A stretch of DNA of 64,000 nucleotides, from NCBI GenBank assembly GCA_965206645.1, contig CBDBKE010000004.1:1536001-1600000 (forward strand), read 5' to 3'. The stretch is from Terriglobia bacterium. Lineage in GTDB: Bacteria; Acidobacteriota; Terriglobia; JAJPHL01; JAPKYU01. The notes under the pieces are model-generated. The model did not search any database and was not told the DNA's origin. It saw nothing but the letters and a program-made list of their open reading frames with translations. Within the stretch, counting starts at the first letter, position 1; every line of letters starts with the position of its first letter. A program made the position numbers and the translations under genes. Below, piece after piece: positions 8,747-18,144 of this stretch.

Positions 8747-10186
8747 TTAGTCCTTCTCTTCACGATCCACGATGGCCAGATAGCCCTGCGCCGCCGTGGG
8801 GCCGTCGGTCCCGCCGTAGCCGTTGGAGATGAAGGCGAAGCCCTGGCCGTTTTCAAAGTCACAGTTCACGTCGAGAAAACCCTGGAAGCCCACAGCGATC
8901 GCCGACAACACGTAAGTCTCGCTGCCCCAGGACTTGACCTCCATCGTCTCCATATCGGCGGGATTGGCCTCCGCACCATAGAACTTGATCTCGCAAGTTC
9001 CGGGATAGTCGGAAGCGTTCGTGAAGGCGATCCCGGTGTCAAAGCCTCCCGCGTTGGTCACGAACGGAAAGAGCAGGCTCGTCTCGCAGGGATCGAATCC
9101 GATGACCCGCACGGCAGCGGCATCAGCGAACTGCGGATTTCATTAGTGTCAGCACTGACGAAACCCACGCTCACCATGCCGTCGGCGATCATGGTGTCTT
9201 CTTCCCACGTGAAGCTCACCATCAACGTATTTCCCTGAGTCATATCATTCGCATCGGTAACGGTGTAAGTGATATCACCATCTCCATCGTTATCCAATGC
9301 AACCTCGACCATGGTTCCATCGGCGTCCGCTTCGCCTTCACCGGTCAGCGTGACTTTCATGCCATCGTCTGCGTTCGTCGGTCATGTTGTCGGCTGTATG
9401 GGTGATCATGACTTCCACGCCGTCCGGGATGCCGGAGAAATTGACTTCCACCATGCCGTGTCATCAGCATCATCGTTGGTCAACGCCCCTACAAAGCCTT
9501 CCATGATCGAGATGCTGGCCATTCCGGTGGTTCCGACCCGGCATTGCAAAACGTTGGCATCGTCCACCTTGACGACCAGTCCGGTTTTGACATCCGAGAC
9601 ATCGAACGCCCCCGGCGACACGGACTTGGTGTTCACAGTGAGTTGGGCGCTTATCTCTCCGTCGTCTCCCACCATGTAGGCGTTGGCTCGGATGCCGGCG
9701 ATGACCACATTGAAACCGTTGCCGCCAGTTCCCAAGCCGAGATCTGCGCCGCTGAGTTCCTCCCACACGATCGTGTTCGGGTCCTCATCTTCATCAATCA
9801 TCGGGCCGTCACCGTCGTCGGCAGCCATCAAACACGTCATCGGCTATAGTTTGGCCGCCCACAGTCCCAGTAGCGGTCAGCTCAGCAGCGCCAACATAGT
9901 TCAAGTCAGCCAGGCTGGTGATTGGAGTGTTCAGCGTAACGCTTAAGGTGAAATCGGTTACTGCAAACAGCGAGCCGGTGTCCTCTGAAGGCACGCACCG
10001 CAGCTCGATGCCGCCGATCTCTTCGGTCGTGCCCTCGGCGCGCACATTGGCCACTGCATTGTCACCCGTAGCAGCCCGCGCCTCGCACCGTTGCGCCTGG
10101 GCCACGCTGCTGCTCAACACGATGGCCGCGAGCAGGGACATCATGACGATGCCGCTTTTGAAAACTGCTTTCCGAATCTTTGCCAT
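8747..10186 (-). pseudogene. S-layer-like gene copy 2 with four 1-nt indels (net in frame); pseudogene or consensus artefact
   Basis: Split over ORFs 9809-10237, 9406-9840, 9058-9360 and 8747-9112; ATG-to-stop length is 1440 nt (a multiple of 3); indels near 9828, 9457, 9386 and 9140. Confidence 0.85.
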
Positions 10187-10450
10187 TGCCGTTCTCTCCT
10201 TCGATTTTTGAATCGTACTGGTTGAAATTTCTTGCAAAACTTTCTCTTCCTGCCGCTCGATCTAAAACTGCATTGGATTACAGGCGGGGCAGGCAGGAAC
10301 GCTTGCCGCTGCCTGAACGCCTGTCCTACCTGAACGTTCTTGAATGCAACACCAGCTCGCCGACTTTCTGCTTAATCTGCTTCCTTCATCTACGCTGCAC
10401 GAACTCCAGGGTCAATTCGCTCTATATGCGGACCTACCAGAGACACGGGG

Positions 10451-10480
10451 AATATGACACTTTCAGTTTCAGCCTGTCAA
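10451..10480 (-). promoter_or_regulatory. sigma70-like promoter P2 of copy 2
   Basis: A-tract + TTGACA-18-(TGt)CATATT. Confidence 0.55.
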
Positions 10481-10568
10481 TCTTTTTTCTTTGCCAGCTA
10501 TGCTGCCCCCCGTAATCGCTGTGGTTCAAACAGCCGGGCAGATAATTTGGGGCTCAAAACAGTTGTTC

Positions 10569-10597
10569 ATGGTAATCGGCTCAATCGGGGAATGCAA
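10569..10597 (-). promoter_or_regulatory. sigma70-like promoter P1 of copy 2
   Basis: A-tracts + TTGCAT-17-TACCAT. Confidence 0.5.
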
Positions 10598-10722
10598 GAG
10601 TTTTTTGGGGAATTTTTCAAGATTTTTTCAGGGGGAGGGGGTGCACGAAAAAGCAAGAGAGAAGTGCAGGGGGGGATGGAATGGAGCACAGGCCTGGAGG
10701 CCCGTCGCCATCTGGGCGCGTC

Positions 10723-10992
10723 TCATCGCGGGCTCTGGCAAAACCTGAGGGAGCGGGACCGAAAGGTTAATTTCATGGCCGTCGCCCGGGAGTAGCAGGC
10801 CCTATTGCGGGCCACCAACCGCTTGCGCAGCACCTTCTCGGCTTCGCCTTTCTCCTTTCGGCCTGTCGACTCCTGTCTGAACTTTCCGTTGTGGTCACGG
10901 TAACTCATCCACCAGACGCGTGAACCGCGCCGGGAGTACAGGCTACCGGCGGCCTTGCTGGGTCTACCTGTCTTGTTCATCGATTCCTCCAT
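10723..10992 (-). pseudogene. tyrosine integrase N-terminal fragment
   Basis: GSLYSRRGSRVWWMSYRDHNGKFRQESTG..KGEAEKVL arm-type N-terminus directly after an excisionase; no catalytic domain. Confidence 0.7.
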
Positions 10993-11180
10993 TCACATGA
11001 AAGCTGTCGCCACTCGGCCAACTCCGACAGTCGGAAGCGGATCGAGCGGCCCATCATGCGGTAATGGGGAATCTGCTTTCGCTCGACGTAAGCATACACC
11101 AGCGAGAGGCTGCCGCCCAAGAATCGGGCTGCGTCCTTCACCGTGATGGGGGCATCTGTCGCTTTTCCGTCCAGGCTCAT
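10977..11180 (-). CDS. excisionase-like HTH protein
   Basis: ITVKDAARFLG.SLSLVYAYVERKQIPHYRMMGRSIRFR; GGAGG SD. Confidence 0.8.
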   Translation of the reverse strand: MSLDGKATDAPITVKDAARFLGGSLSLVYAYVERKQIPHYRMMGRSIRFRLSELAEWRQLSCEWRNR

Positions 11181-11258
11181 CGTTCCCTCCCTACTTTCCA
11201 TACCAAACCACAAGGGAGAACTCCGCGCGGAGAGTCCGTTGCGATTGTGTCGTTAGTC

Positions 11259-11336
11259 CTACTCACACTCGGCATCACGTTTGATCTGCTCGATGATCTG
11301 ATTGGCAAAGCGGCGATGGTATTCCTCTGCCGTCAT
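11259..11336 (-). pseudogene. stub resembling the N-terminus of an ArdC antirestriction protein
   Basis: SD + MTAEEYHRRFANQIIEQIKR, then unrelated sequence where G..PW would be expected. Confidence 0.45.
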
Positions 11337-11340
11337 CGCC

Positions 11341-12300
11341 CTACCCCTCATCGTGTTGCCTCCCGATCGGCTCAATGAGCCAGCGGTTCTGTGGCGCGTC
11401 GTAACCTTTGACGAGCAAGGCCTCCTCCACAAATCGCCGCCCTTCGCGCCGCGTCATGTGAATCACCATCGCAATGCCGTCCACGACGCCCCGGCAGGTG
11501 ACTTCCCAGGGAAGCTCTCCGCCGCCTTGCATGGCGCAACTGGCGAGCCGTGACAAGGCGCTTTCGGCGTTGTTGGCGTGCACGGTGGTGAGCGAGCCGC
11601 CGTGTCCGGTGTTGAGGGCTTGCAGCAGATCGGCGGCCTCCCCGCCGCGCACCTCGCCCACTACGATGTGATCCGGGCGGTGACGCAAGGCATGGCGCAC
11701 CAGGTCCCGGATCGTCACGGCTCCGGTTGCCAGTCCGCGAGCCTCGAAGCGGACGCAATTGGAGTGCTCGATGCGAAGCTCCAGGGTGTCCTCGATGGCG
11801 ACGATGCGCTCGTCGTCGGGCAGCAATTCGATGAGCGCATTGAGAAGGGTGGTCTTGCCCGAGCCGGTGCCGCCTGAAACCAGGATGTTCCGGCGGGTGT
11901 ACAACATCCGCTCGGCCGCTTCTTTGACGTTCAACGGCAGCGCCCCTTGTTCAACCAGGTCCGCCGCTGAAAACGACCGTTTACCAAAGCGCCGAACGGT
12001 GATCGCCACCTTCGGGCTGGCGGGCGGAACGCAGATTGCTACACGCGAGCCGTCGTCTAGGCGAGCATCGACGATGGGCGCCGTGGCCGGGTCCAGGCCG
12101 AGAGGCCGCGCAATATGGATAGCGGCCCTTTGAAGCGCCGCAGCGGTCAGCAGCGGGGCCTCGTGGGAATAGAGCTTCCCATGCCCCTCGATCCAGACGT
12201 TGTGCGGGCCGTTTATCATGATCTCGCTCACTTCCGGGTCCTCCAGAACATCCTCCAGGCCGGGCAAAAACGGTTTCAACAACTCCAGGCCGTCGCTCAT
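11341..12300 (-). CDS. virB11: VirB11/TrbB/CpaF-family ATPase
   Basis: GGTGSGKTT, IEDTLEL, RHRPDHIVVGEVRG, NTGHGGSLTTVHAN. Confidence 0.9.
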   Translation of the reverse strand: MSDGLELLKPFLPGLEDVLEDPEVSEIMINGPHNVWIEGHGKLYSHEAPLLTAAALQRAAIHIARPLGLDPATAPIVDARLDDGSRVAICVPPASPKVAITVRRFGKRSFSAADLVEQGALPLNVKEAAERMLYTRRNILVSGGTGSGKTTLLNALIELLPDDERIVAIEDTLELRIEHSNCVRFEARGLATGAVTIRDLVRHALRHRPDHIVVGEVRGGEAADLLQALNTGHGGSLTTVHANNAESALSRLASCAMQGGGELPWEVTCRGVVDGIAMVIHMTRREGRRFVEEALLVKGYDAPQNRWLIEPIGRQHDEG

Positions 12301-14339
12301 ATCTTTCCTTCTGCTTTCGCACGCCAGTAGGGAAGCGACCGGGGCAGATAGTGGGGTTTGAGGTACACGCGGGTTGCCGGCAGTGACTGTGCGCCGTCGT
12401 AGGGCAGGCAGATTGCTTGGCAGTTGGAGAGCAGGGCAAACTCGCGGGGCTGAAACACTGCCTCGCGTTGTTCGCGGAAGGATTTGCTGGCTCCTACGCT
12501 GCCGGCGCCGCCACCGGCCTGGGCCGAGAGCATGGATACCTCACTTTGCTTGGCAGATTCGGTGATGGTATAGGAGGGTTTGATCTTGGCTACCTGCCCG
12601 CACAGAGCCGAGGCGGTTTGAGCGCTGGCGTCATCGCTCAAGGAAAGGAATATCCGGGTGCGGAGCGTTTGCAGCAGGGTGCGCCACGCCTCGCCGCTGC
12701 CGAGAACGGAGCGCAGCGAGCTGATTGATTGCGTGGCGACGATCAGAATGCAGCGGCACTGCCGGGTGAGGGCAAAGGATTTCTCGTCGCCGGAAGGATC
12801 GTCCTCGCCGACCGAAGCAAACGACTGGTACTCGTCGCAGATGAACACGGCGGGCCGGAAGTATTGATCCGGCGCTTCCTTCATCTGCGCCGGTCGCCGC
12901 AGGAGCGATTGCAACCAGGCGTTCTTGAGCATTACTCCTACAGCTCGTGCCAGCGCCGGGTTGCTGCCGGCCGGCATATTCAGGGCCAGCACCTTGCCCG
13001 ACTCGATCAGCTTGTCGAGGGGCGGCAAGCTCTGCCGTACTCTCGTTCCCAGTCCCGGCTGTTCGTCTTGCTTTGGCTCTCCATTTCCGTTCGCCGCCGC
13101 CTTCTCCGGTGGCGGTGGTGGACAGAACACCCGCGCCACGCTTGGCAGGTCGAATATGGACAGAAAAACTGAGATGCCCTCGACGATGCTCGACCGGATT
13201 TTGTTGTCGATCATTCCCCAGTCGTGTTGATACCAGCGATTGACGGCCTCGACCCGCTTGCGAATCTCTTCTGTCTTTACGCTCTCGGTCCACTCGATCT
13301 TATATTCGATCTGGAGTTCTTTGAGCTGGGCTACAACCGCTGGGCTGTGGTCCGTGTAGAATGTGTTCTCTTGCTCGATCGGAATCCATTTTCTCTTCCC
13401 GGAGCGCAGCGAGGGGATGTTTGCTCCATAGTCCGTGGCGGATATAAACACGGCGCCCTCGCGAAGATCGCTGGCGTATGCTTCGGCCTCTTGGATTTTG
13501 GCCGCAAACAGTTCCTTGTCGATGGCGCAGTGATAGACTTGCTGCAATGTGACCCATTGGCCGGGGAACACCCGGTAGAGTTCGATGATCCAGCGGACCA
13601 GGTTGGTGTAAGCCTGTTGCCAAAACGGCTCCTTCCCTTTGCCGAACAACTGGTTGAGCAGGGAGGAAACGGTGTAGGCCAGCGAGTAAGAATCAAGCCA
13701 CTCTGCCGAGAGTGGATTCCATTGCCAGCGGCCCTCCATCCCCAGCTCGATGTAATCTTCCTCCCGGCCCGCGTCGGCAAGGATTCGCCGGATTTCATAG
13801 CAGAAATCGCCCTTGACTTCCAGCACCAGGCCAGCCGCCCGGCGCTGGGGATCGCGGGCCTGCCATGACAAGATTTGCTCTGCGAATGGGCGCATGCAAG
13901 CCGAGGTCTTGCCGGACCCCACGGCGCCGAAAATTGCCACTCCGGTGTACAGGCCGCGCTCCGGGATAGTGAGCCAGGAAGGGTTGCGAGATTCGACGGC
14001 TTTGACCGGGTGGTGAACCTCCCCAACAACGATCGCCGGCCCGGCGTCTTTTGCGGGATTCAGGGGCCACGTTGGCAGCATTCCAATGTTCGGCATAGCG
14101 ATGCCCCAAGAATTAAACCAGACCCGCCAGACCGTGATGAGAAACAGTCCGCCGACGATGACGGCGGCGGCTGGCGCGAGGTAGTACCACCAGACGATCC
14201 AGGTGTAGAAGTTGGGGGTGTGATAGAGCACCAGGTCGAGCATTGGATCGTCGCCGGGCATGGGGAAAGGCCGGTAGAGGAAACCCCAAGCGGAGCAGCC
14301 AAGCCCAGCAACTATCAGGATCGGATGGCGTATTTTCAT
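12297..14339 (-). CDS. virD4: type IV coupling protein (VirD4/TraD-like)
   Basis: Two N-terminal TM segments from MKIRHP; Walker A GAVGSGKT; LEVKGD; Walker B FICDEYQ; ATQS. Confidence 0.85.
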   Translation of the reverse strand: MKIRHPILIVAGLGCSAWGFLYRPFPMPGDDPMLDLVLYHTPNFYTWIVWWYYLAPAAAVIVGGLFLITVWRVWFNSWGIAMPNIGMLPTWPLNPAKDAGPAIVVGEVHHPVKAVESRNPSWLTIPERGLYTGVAIFGAVGSGKTSACMRPFAEQILSWQARDPQRRAAGLVLEVKGDFCYEIRRILADAGREEDYIELGMEGRWQWNPLSAEWLDSYSLAYTVSSLLNQLFGKGKEPFWQQAYTNLVRWIIELYRVFPGQWVTLQQVYHCAIDKELFAAKIQEAEAYASDLREGAVFISATDYGANIPSLRSGKRKWIPIEQENTFYTDHSPAVVAQLKELQIEYKIEWTESVKTEEIRKRVEAVNRWYQHDWGMIDNKIRSSIVEGISVFLSIFDLPSVARVFCPPPPPEKAAANGNGEPKQDEQPGLGTRVRQSLPPLDKLIESGKVLALNMPAGSNPALARAVGVMLKNAWLQSLLRRPAQMKEAPDQYFRPAVFICDEYQSFASVGEDDPSGDEKSFALTRQCRCILIVATQSISSLRSVLGSGEAWRTLLQTLRTRIFLSLSDDASAQTASALCGQVAKIKPSYTITESAKQSEVSMLSAQAGGGAGSVGASKSFREQREAVFQPREFALLSNCQAICLPYDGAQSLPATRVYLKPHYLPRSLPYWRAKAEGKI

Positions 14340-14404
14340 GGGGCTTGCCTCCGGCGCCTCAGCGCCCGCTTGGGGTTCAGGTTCGGAGCCTTCCCGCAGG
14401 GACA

Positions 14405-14700
14405 AATCAGACGAGAGCGACCCCCAAAAAAGGGGGGGCAGGGTATGCCACAAACCCTGCCACAAACCCCTTTTCCTGTTTGCCGATAGAGCGGCAAAAA
14501 AGGGGGGGTCGCTCTCGTCTTTCCCCGCCCCTCTCCTTCTGGCGCGGGATGGCCTGGTAGTAGCAGGAAAACCACTGCGAGGCAAAGAAATAGACAAAAT
14601 GAGTGTTGCCACAAAAAATGCCGATTCTTGCCACGCCCCCCCCCTTATATAAGTGGCAAAAAAGATCGGCACGGCCACCGTTTGTGGCAGGCCAAAAAAA
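14405..14700. other. oriT/ori-like structured non-coding region
   Basis: Perfect 17-bp IR at 14409-14425/14504-14520, two inner hairpins, and multiple TGCCAC motifs in both orientations. Confidence 0.5.
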
Positions 14701-14746
14701 CGCTCTATCTCGGAAACGTCCACTGGAGTTCCATTGCTGCGGTTCA

Positions 14747-15715
14747 TTAGACTGTCTCCACCACCTTCACGCGGTCAGAAACCCACGTCTCGAAGCCGTC
14801 GATCGTGGCTCCGATTGAGCCGCTTGTCTTGGGCAGGTCTTTCAGTTCCATCAACCTGTCCGAGATTTCCTCGACACTGCCGTACTTCCTTATGATCCTC
14901 ATGTCCACATTGATAATTGCGGCCTCGATCAGCTTGATTTCCGCCTGCACGTTCGGGTCGTTCCGGCTCGGTCCATCTGCCCGCTGACTGCTCTGCTCAC
15001 CCCCTCGGCTGCTCCACGTCTTTAGCGCCGCTTCGGCCCGGATTGTGGCTTTGTAGTCCGCTCCGATTACGACGGCGCGGACCTCGATGCCTTGCAACCG
15101 CAAAGCCTTCCAAAGCCACTCATGCGAGTCGCCCCACGATCGCAACTCGGTATCGGTATCTTTGCCCGGATCGACGTAGACGAACGATGAGGATTTAGCA
15201 TCGCAAGCGATAGGCAGTTTCAGGGCAAAGTATCGGGTTTGTGTCCCCACGGCTCCCTGATAGACCCGCTTGGGCAAGCGCCTGCGGTCGATGCCCAGTA
15301 AATCGAAGAAAGCGACCTTTTCCTGCTCGGTGGGCAGCCAAGGAAGCTCCGGGTTCTCCAGAACATAGTCGAGCGAGAGCAACCGCCGTAGCATGACGGA
15401 ATCATCCCCCTCTCGGCGGTGCCGGACGTTCTCAATTCCCAGCTTGCGGTAAATCTCTTTGTTGGATATTCGGACCGCCTTCGGTCCACCGCGTCTGTTA
15501 GGAAGAGCGTCCTCTATGGCAAGCCTGCGCTCCACCATGTCGCGCACAAATCGCAATGCTCGCTTTCGATCCGACACGGCATCGAAGAAGTGGCAGAATT
15601 GCGCCCTCGTGAACACGCCGCTATGCAGACAGACCAGGGCGATCCACTCCGCTTCGCGGCCCTTCCAGCCGAACGACTTCAGGGCTTTTTCTCGATCATG
15701 GAGATGTTTAATCAT
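14747..15715 (-). CDS. ICE-associated hypothetical protein, candidate non-canonical relaxase/replication protein
   Basis: wHTH-like N-terminus (LVCLHSGVFTRAQF); position between virB8 and the ori-like region/T4CP. Confidence 0.6.
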   Translation of the reverse strand: MIKHLHDREKALKSFGWKGREAEWIALVCLHSGVFTRAQFCHFFDAVSDRKRALRFVRDMVERRLAIEDALPNRRGGPKAVRISNKEIYRKLGIENVRHRREGDDSVMLRRLLSLDYVLENPELPWLPTEQEKVAFFDLLGIDRRRLPKRVYQGAVGTQTRYFALKLPIACDAKSSSFVYVDPGKDTDTELRSWGDSHEWLWKALRLQGIEVRAVVIGADYKATIRAEAALKTWSSRGGEQSSQRADGPSRNDPNVQAEIKLIEAAIINVDMRIIRKYGSVEEISDRLMELKDLPKTSGSIGATIDGFETWVSDRVKVVETV

Positions 15716-15717
15716 TG

Positions 15718-16380
15718 CTACTCGCCGGTCACTAAAGCCCGGTCGCCTCGCAGGTAGGTGACAATGATTCCCATAGGGTTGAAAACCATCAATTCGGTTG
15801 GAATTTCATCCAGGAACATGAACTGCATGGAGACTGTCCAGCGTTCGCGCTGGCTCTCGACCGCATTCACCAGGCGCACCAGGTCGAAGTCGGCGGTGGC
15901 GCCGTGGGGTTCCTGTTGGTTGGCCTGAATCCGCAAGACCACGCGCTCGACCTGGAGCTCTTCTCTGGTGACTCCTGCCGCCAGCATGGCGATATTCTGG
16001 CCTTCGGCGCGGAAAGCCTCGTTGGCTAGTCCGGTGGTCAAAAAGCGTAGGCTGCGGGACCACGCTTGTTCGACCGTAGCCCGCCGCCGGGAGTAGTAGT
16101 CGTCGATGAAGCGATTCAGAAAATACTTGGTGGTGGGGTCCAGCGGATCGGCCTGGGCCTCGACCGTCTCATAGGCCAGCGCCTCGGCCCGGCCTACCTC
16201 GTCCACGCGGACGACGATCGGTCGCGGCGCTTCAACCGACGACAGCCGGATGATGTTGACTACCAGCAGCAAACAGAGTCCTGCCAAACCCATCGACAGG
16301 ACGCGCAAGTGCCGGTTGGAGTGGATCGCCTCGCCCCAAATCTCGGCGTAGGTCTTTGCGGTTTCGTTCTCTTTGCTCAT
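15718..16380 (-). CDS. virB8: VirB8/TrbF-family protein
   Basis: Single TM, P.VVRVDEVGRA, C-terminal NPMGIIVT. Confidence 0.8.
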   Translation of the reverse strand: MSKENETAKTYAEIWGEAIHSNRHLRVLSMGLAGLCLLLVVNIIRLSSVEAPRPIVVRVDEVGRAEALAYETVEAQADPLDPTTKYFLNRFIDDYYSRRRATVEQAWSRSLRFLTTGLANEAFRAEGQNIAMLAAGVTREELQVERVVLRIQANQQEPHGATADFDLVRLVNAVESQRERWTVSMQFMFLDEIPTELMVFNPMGIIVTYLRGDRALVTGE

Positions 16381-17378
16381 TACAACCCTCCTTTTGCCGC
16401 CTTCGCTGCGCCACCGGCAGCGGCTCCGGTGCCGCCCGCCGCCGCCATTGCCGCTCCCGTGATCCCGGAGCTGGTGACGGCGCTGCCGGTGACCAGCATG
16501 GAAGCCAGCTCGCCGACCTTGAGGGATGCCAGAATGCCGGCCACGAACAGCGGCAGGATAATCAGCACCCATCCTCCCATTACGGTTATGTCGAAGCTGA
16601 TGACCTGGTTGGAGAAGGTAGTCACATAGCCCAGCGCCACGCCCATGAACACCCGCATGACGGCTCCGGCCAGTGCGCCGTAGAGGCTGAAAACGATCAA
16701 GGATCGGAACCAGCCCCAGAACAGAAACGACATAGGCTCAAACAACAACCAGGGAATGAACAGCGGTCCTAAAAAGACAAGAATGGCAATCGCGAGCTGC
16801 GCCCAAAGCACCTGAGCGTAGGTGATGCAATACAGCAGCACCAGCATAGTCATTGCAAAAATCATCATGATGGTGGCGGAGAACAACGTCATGATGGCGG
16901 CTCCGCCGGCTGTTATCAGGTCCCAAATCTGGTAGCCGTCCCACGCATCGGTGATGCGGGTCAAGTGGGTGTTGATCATGTTGGATAACTCGGTCCGCAT
17001 GGCGGTTCCGACGTCGGCTATAAACATATCCATCAACCAGTTTCCGCCCTCCACAATCATGCTCGGAAAGGTGTAGGCGTTTGCTGGCACAGGCAGCGGG
17101 GTATCGTAGAAGTGCAGCATCACCCACGGAATCCAGAGGCCGATAATGAGCTTGATTAACTCCCACGGTTGGAAAGAGCCGGACAGGGCGATTTTCACCC
17201 CTGTCCAGACAATCATGATGGAGGCAAGCCCGGTCCAGAGCTGTTCTCCGGTAGACAGCAAAAGGGGGCCGCTGCCCCCTATGATGTTGTTCATTACTTG
17301 GGTCAGGAGACTTTCAAAGTTGTCGAGGTCTCCTGCCGGGATGTTGGTCGGAACAACTGGATCAATCTGTAATTGCAT
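16380..17378 (-). CDS. virB6: VirB6/TrbL-family protein
   Basis: Polytopic membrane protein, LGPLFIPWLLFEP..FLFWGW, Ala/Gly-rich tail. Confidence 0.85.
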   Translation of the reverse strand: MQLQIDPVVPTNIPAGDLDNFESLLTQVMNNIIGGSGPLLLSTGEQLWTGLASIMIVWTGVKIALSGSFQPWELIKLIIGLWIPWVMLHFYDTPLPVPANAYTFPSMIVEGGNWLMDMFIADVGTAMRTELSNMINTHLTRITDAWDGYQIWDLITAGGAAIMTLFSATIMMIFAMTMLVLLYCITYAQVLWAQLAIAILVFLGPLFIPWLLFEPMSFLFWGWFRSLIVFSLYGALAGAVMRVFMGVALGYVTTFSNQVISFDITVMGGWVLIILPLFVAGILASLKVGELASMLVTGSAVTSSGITGAAMAAAGGTGAAAGGAAKAAKGGL

Positions 17379-17422
17379 TGCTGTCTACCTCATTCTGCGG
17401 ACCGGACTGCCGTCGAACGGAT

Positions 17423-17790
17423 TTACGGGGCGTACATGGGATGCAGTTGCACTTTGAGACTGTCTCCGCCGTCGCTGCGTGAAGAAATCCCGGCAATCCG
17501 TTCGTTGAATACAATCTGCCCTTGCTGCCGATCGGCGAGCTGCGCTGCTACGCGCTCCCGCCGGCGGCGTTCGGCTTCTAGTTCTTCCGCCGCTTGCTGC
17601 GCGGCCTGGAAGGCTTGCAACTGCGCCATTGCAGCGGTCAACTGTCCCTGAGTGACCATGCCGGCAACCTGGGCCTGGCCTAACGCGGTGCCGGATACGT
17701 TGCTGTTAGACCGCAGTCCGTTGTAGGAATCGAGAGCGGATTTGATCGCCGCCGACGCCTCTGCGGCGGCATCGGAGACGGCGTAATTTT
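17423..17790 (-). pseudogene. 5'-truncated VirB5/TrbJ-like gene
   Basis: Helical Ala/Gln-rich frame upstream of virB6, open to about 17803 with no proper start. Confidence 0.5.
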
Positions 17791-18144
17791 GGCAGGGGGC
17801 ATGTCAAGAATTTTTTCCGAAATGTGCCAGGAAAAAACAGGCCACTAGGGGGGACGCGGGGGTAGGGGCAGTAGGCATAGGTACCGCAATGTTTGCCGCC
17901 GCACTACGAGATGAACGGCGAATCTGGGGGACGGCCGGCGAATCCGGCCCGGTTACTGGCCGGTCAAGGAGGTTACCGGTCGGTCAAGAAATAGCGCTCG
18001 TCTGTGTGGAATCTCCTGGACTCCGTGAATATCCGAATCGCCAATTTTGTAGGCCGCCCGATTTGTAGGCCGCCCGACGGGCTTTGAGGTTTTCCGTGTC
18101 CGCGACTGGATCGGCGGCCGCCCATGAAATTCCGCCGACCGGCC

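Larger units (their letters stand above)
8471..10437 (+). repeat. ~1.96-kb direct repeat, copy 2
   Basis: Matches 1054-3008, including the REP-like hairpins and the terminator. Confidence 0.95.
10723..17790 (-). mobile_element. truncated integrative conjugative element remnant
   Basis: Co-oriented T4SS genes plus xis and an int fragment; genes are broken at both ends; no VirB4, VirB9 or VirB10. Confidence 0.75.

Noticed and set aside
1329-10186. Diversity-generating retroelement (TR/VR pair) explaining the variant copies
   Set aside because: Differences are not adenine-specific, include indels and span the whole gene; there is no reverse transcriptase in the window.
14340-14747. 136-aa N-terminal extension of VirD4 (816-aa ORF)
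   Set aside because: Low-complexity translation of a repeat- and homopolymer-rich region; the TM-bearing start at 14339 is more plausible.
17800-18140. ncRNA downstream of gspD
   Set aside because: Only a 16-nt duplication and an orphan TTGACA; no recognisable RNA family.
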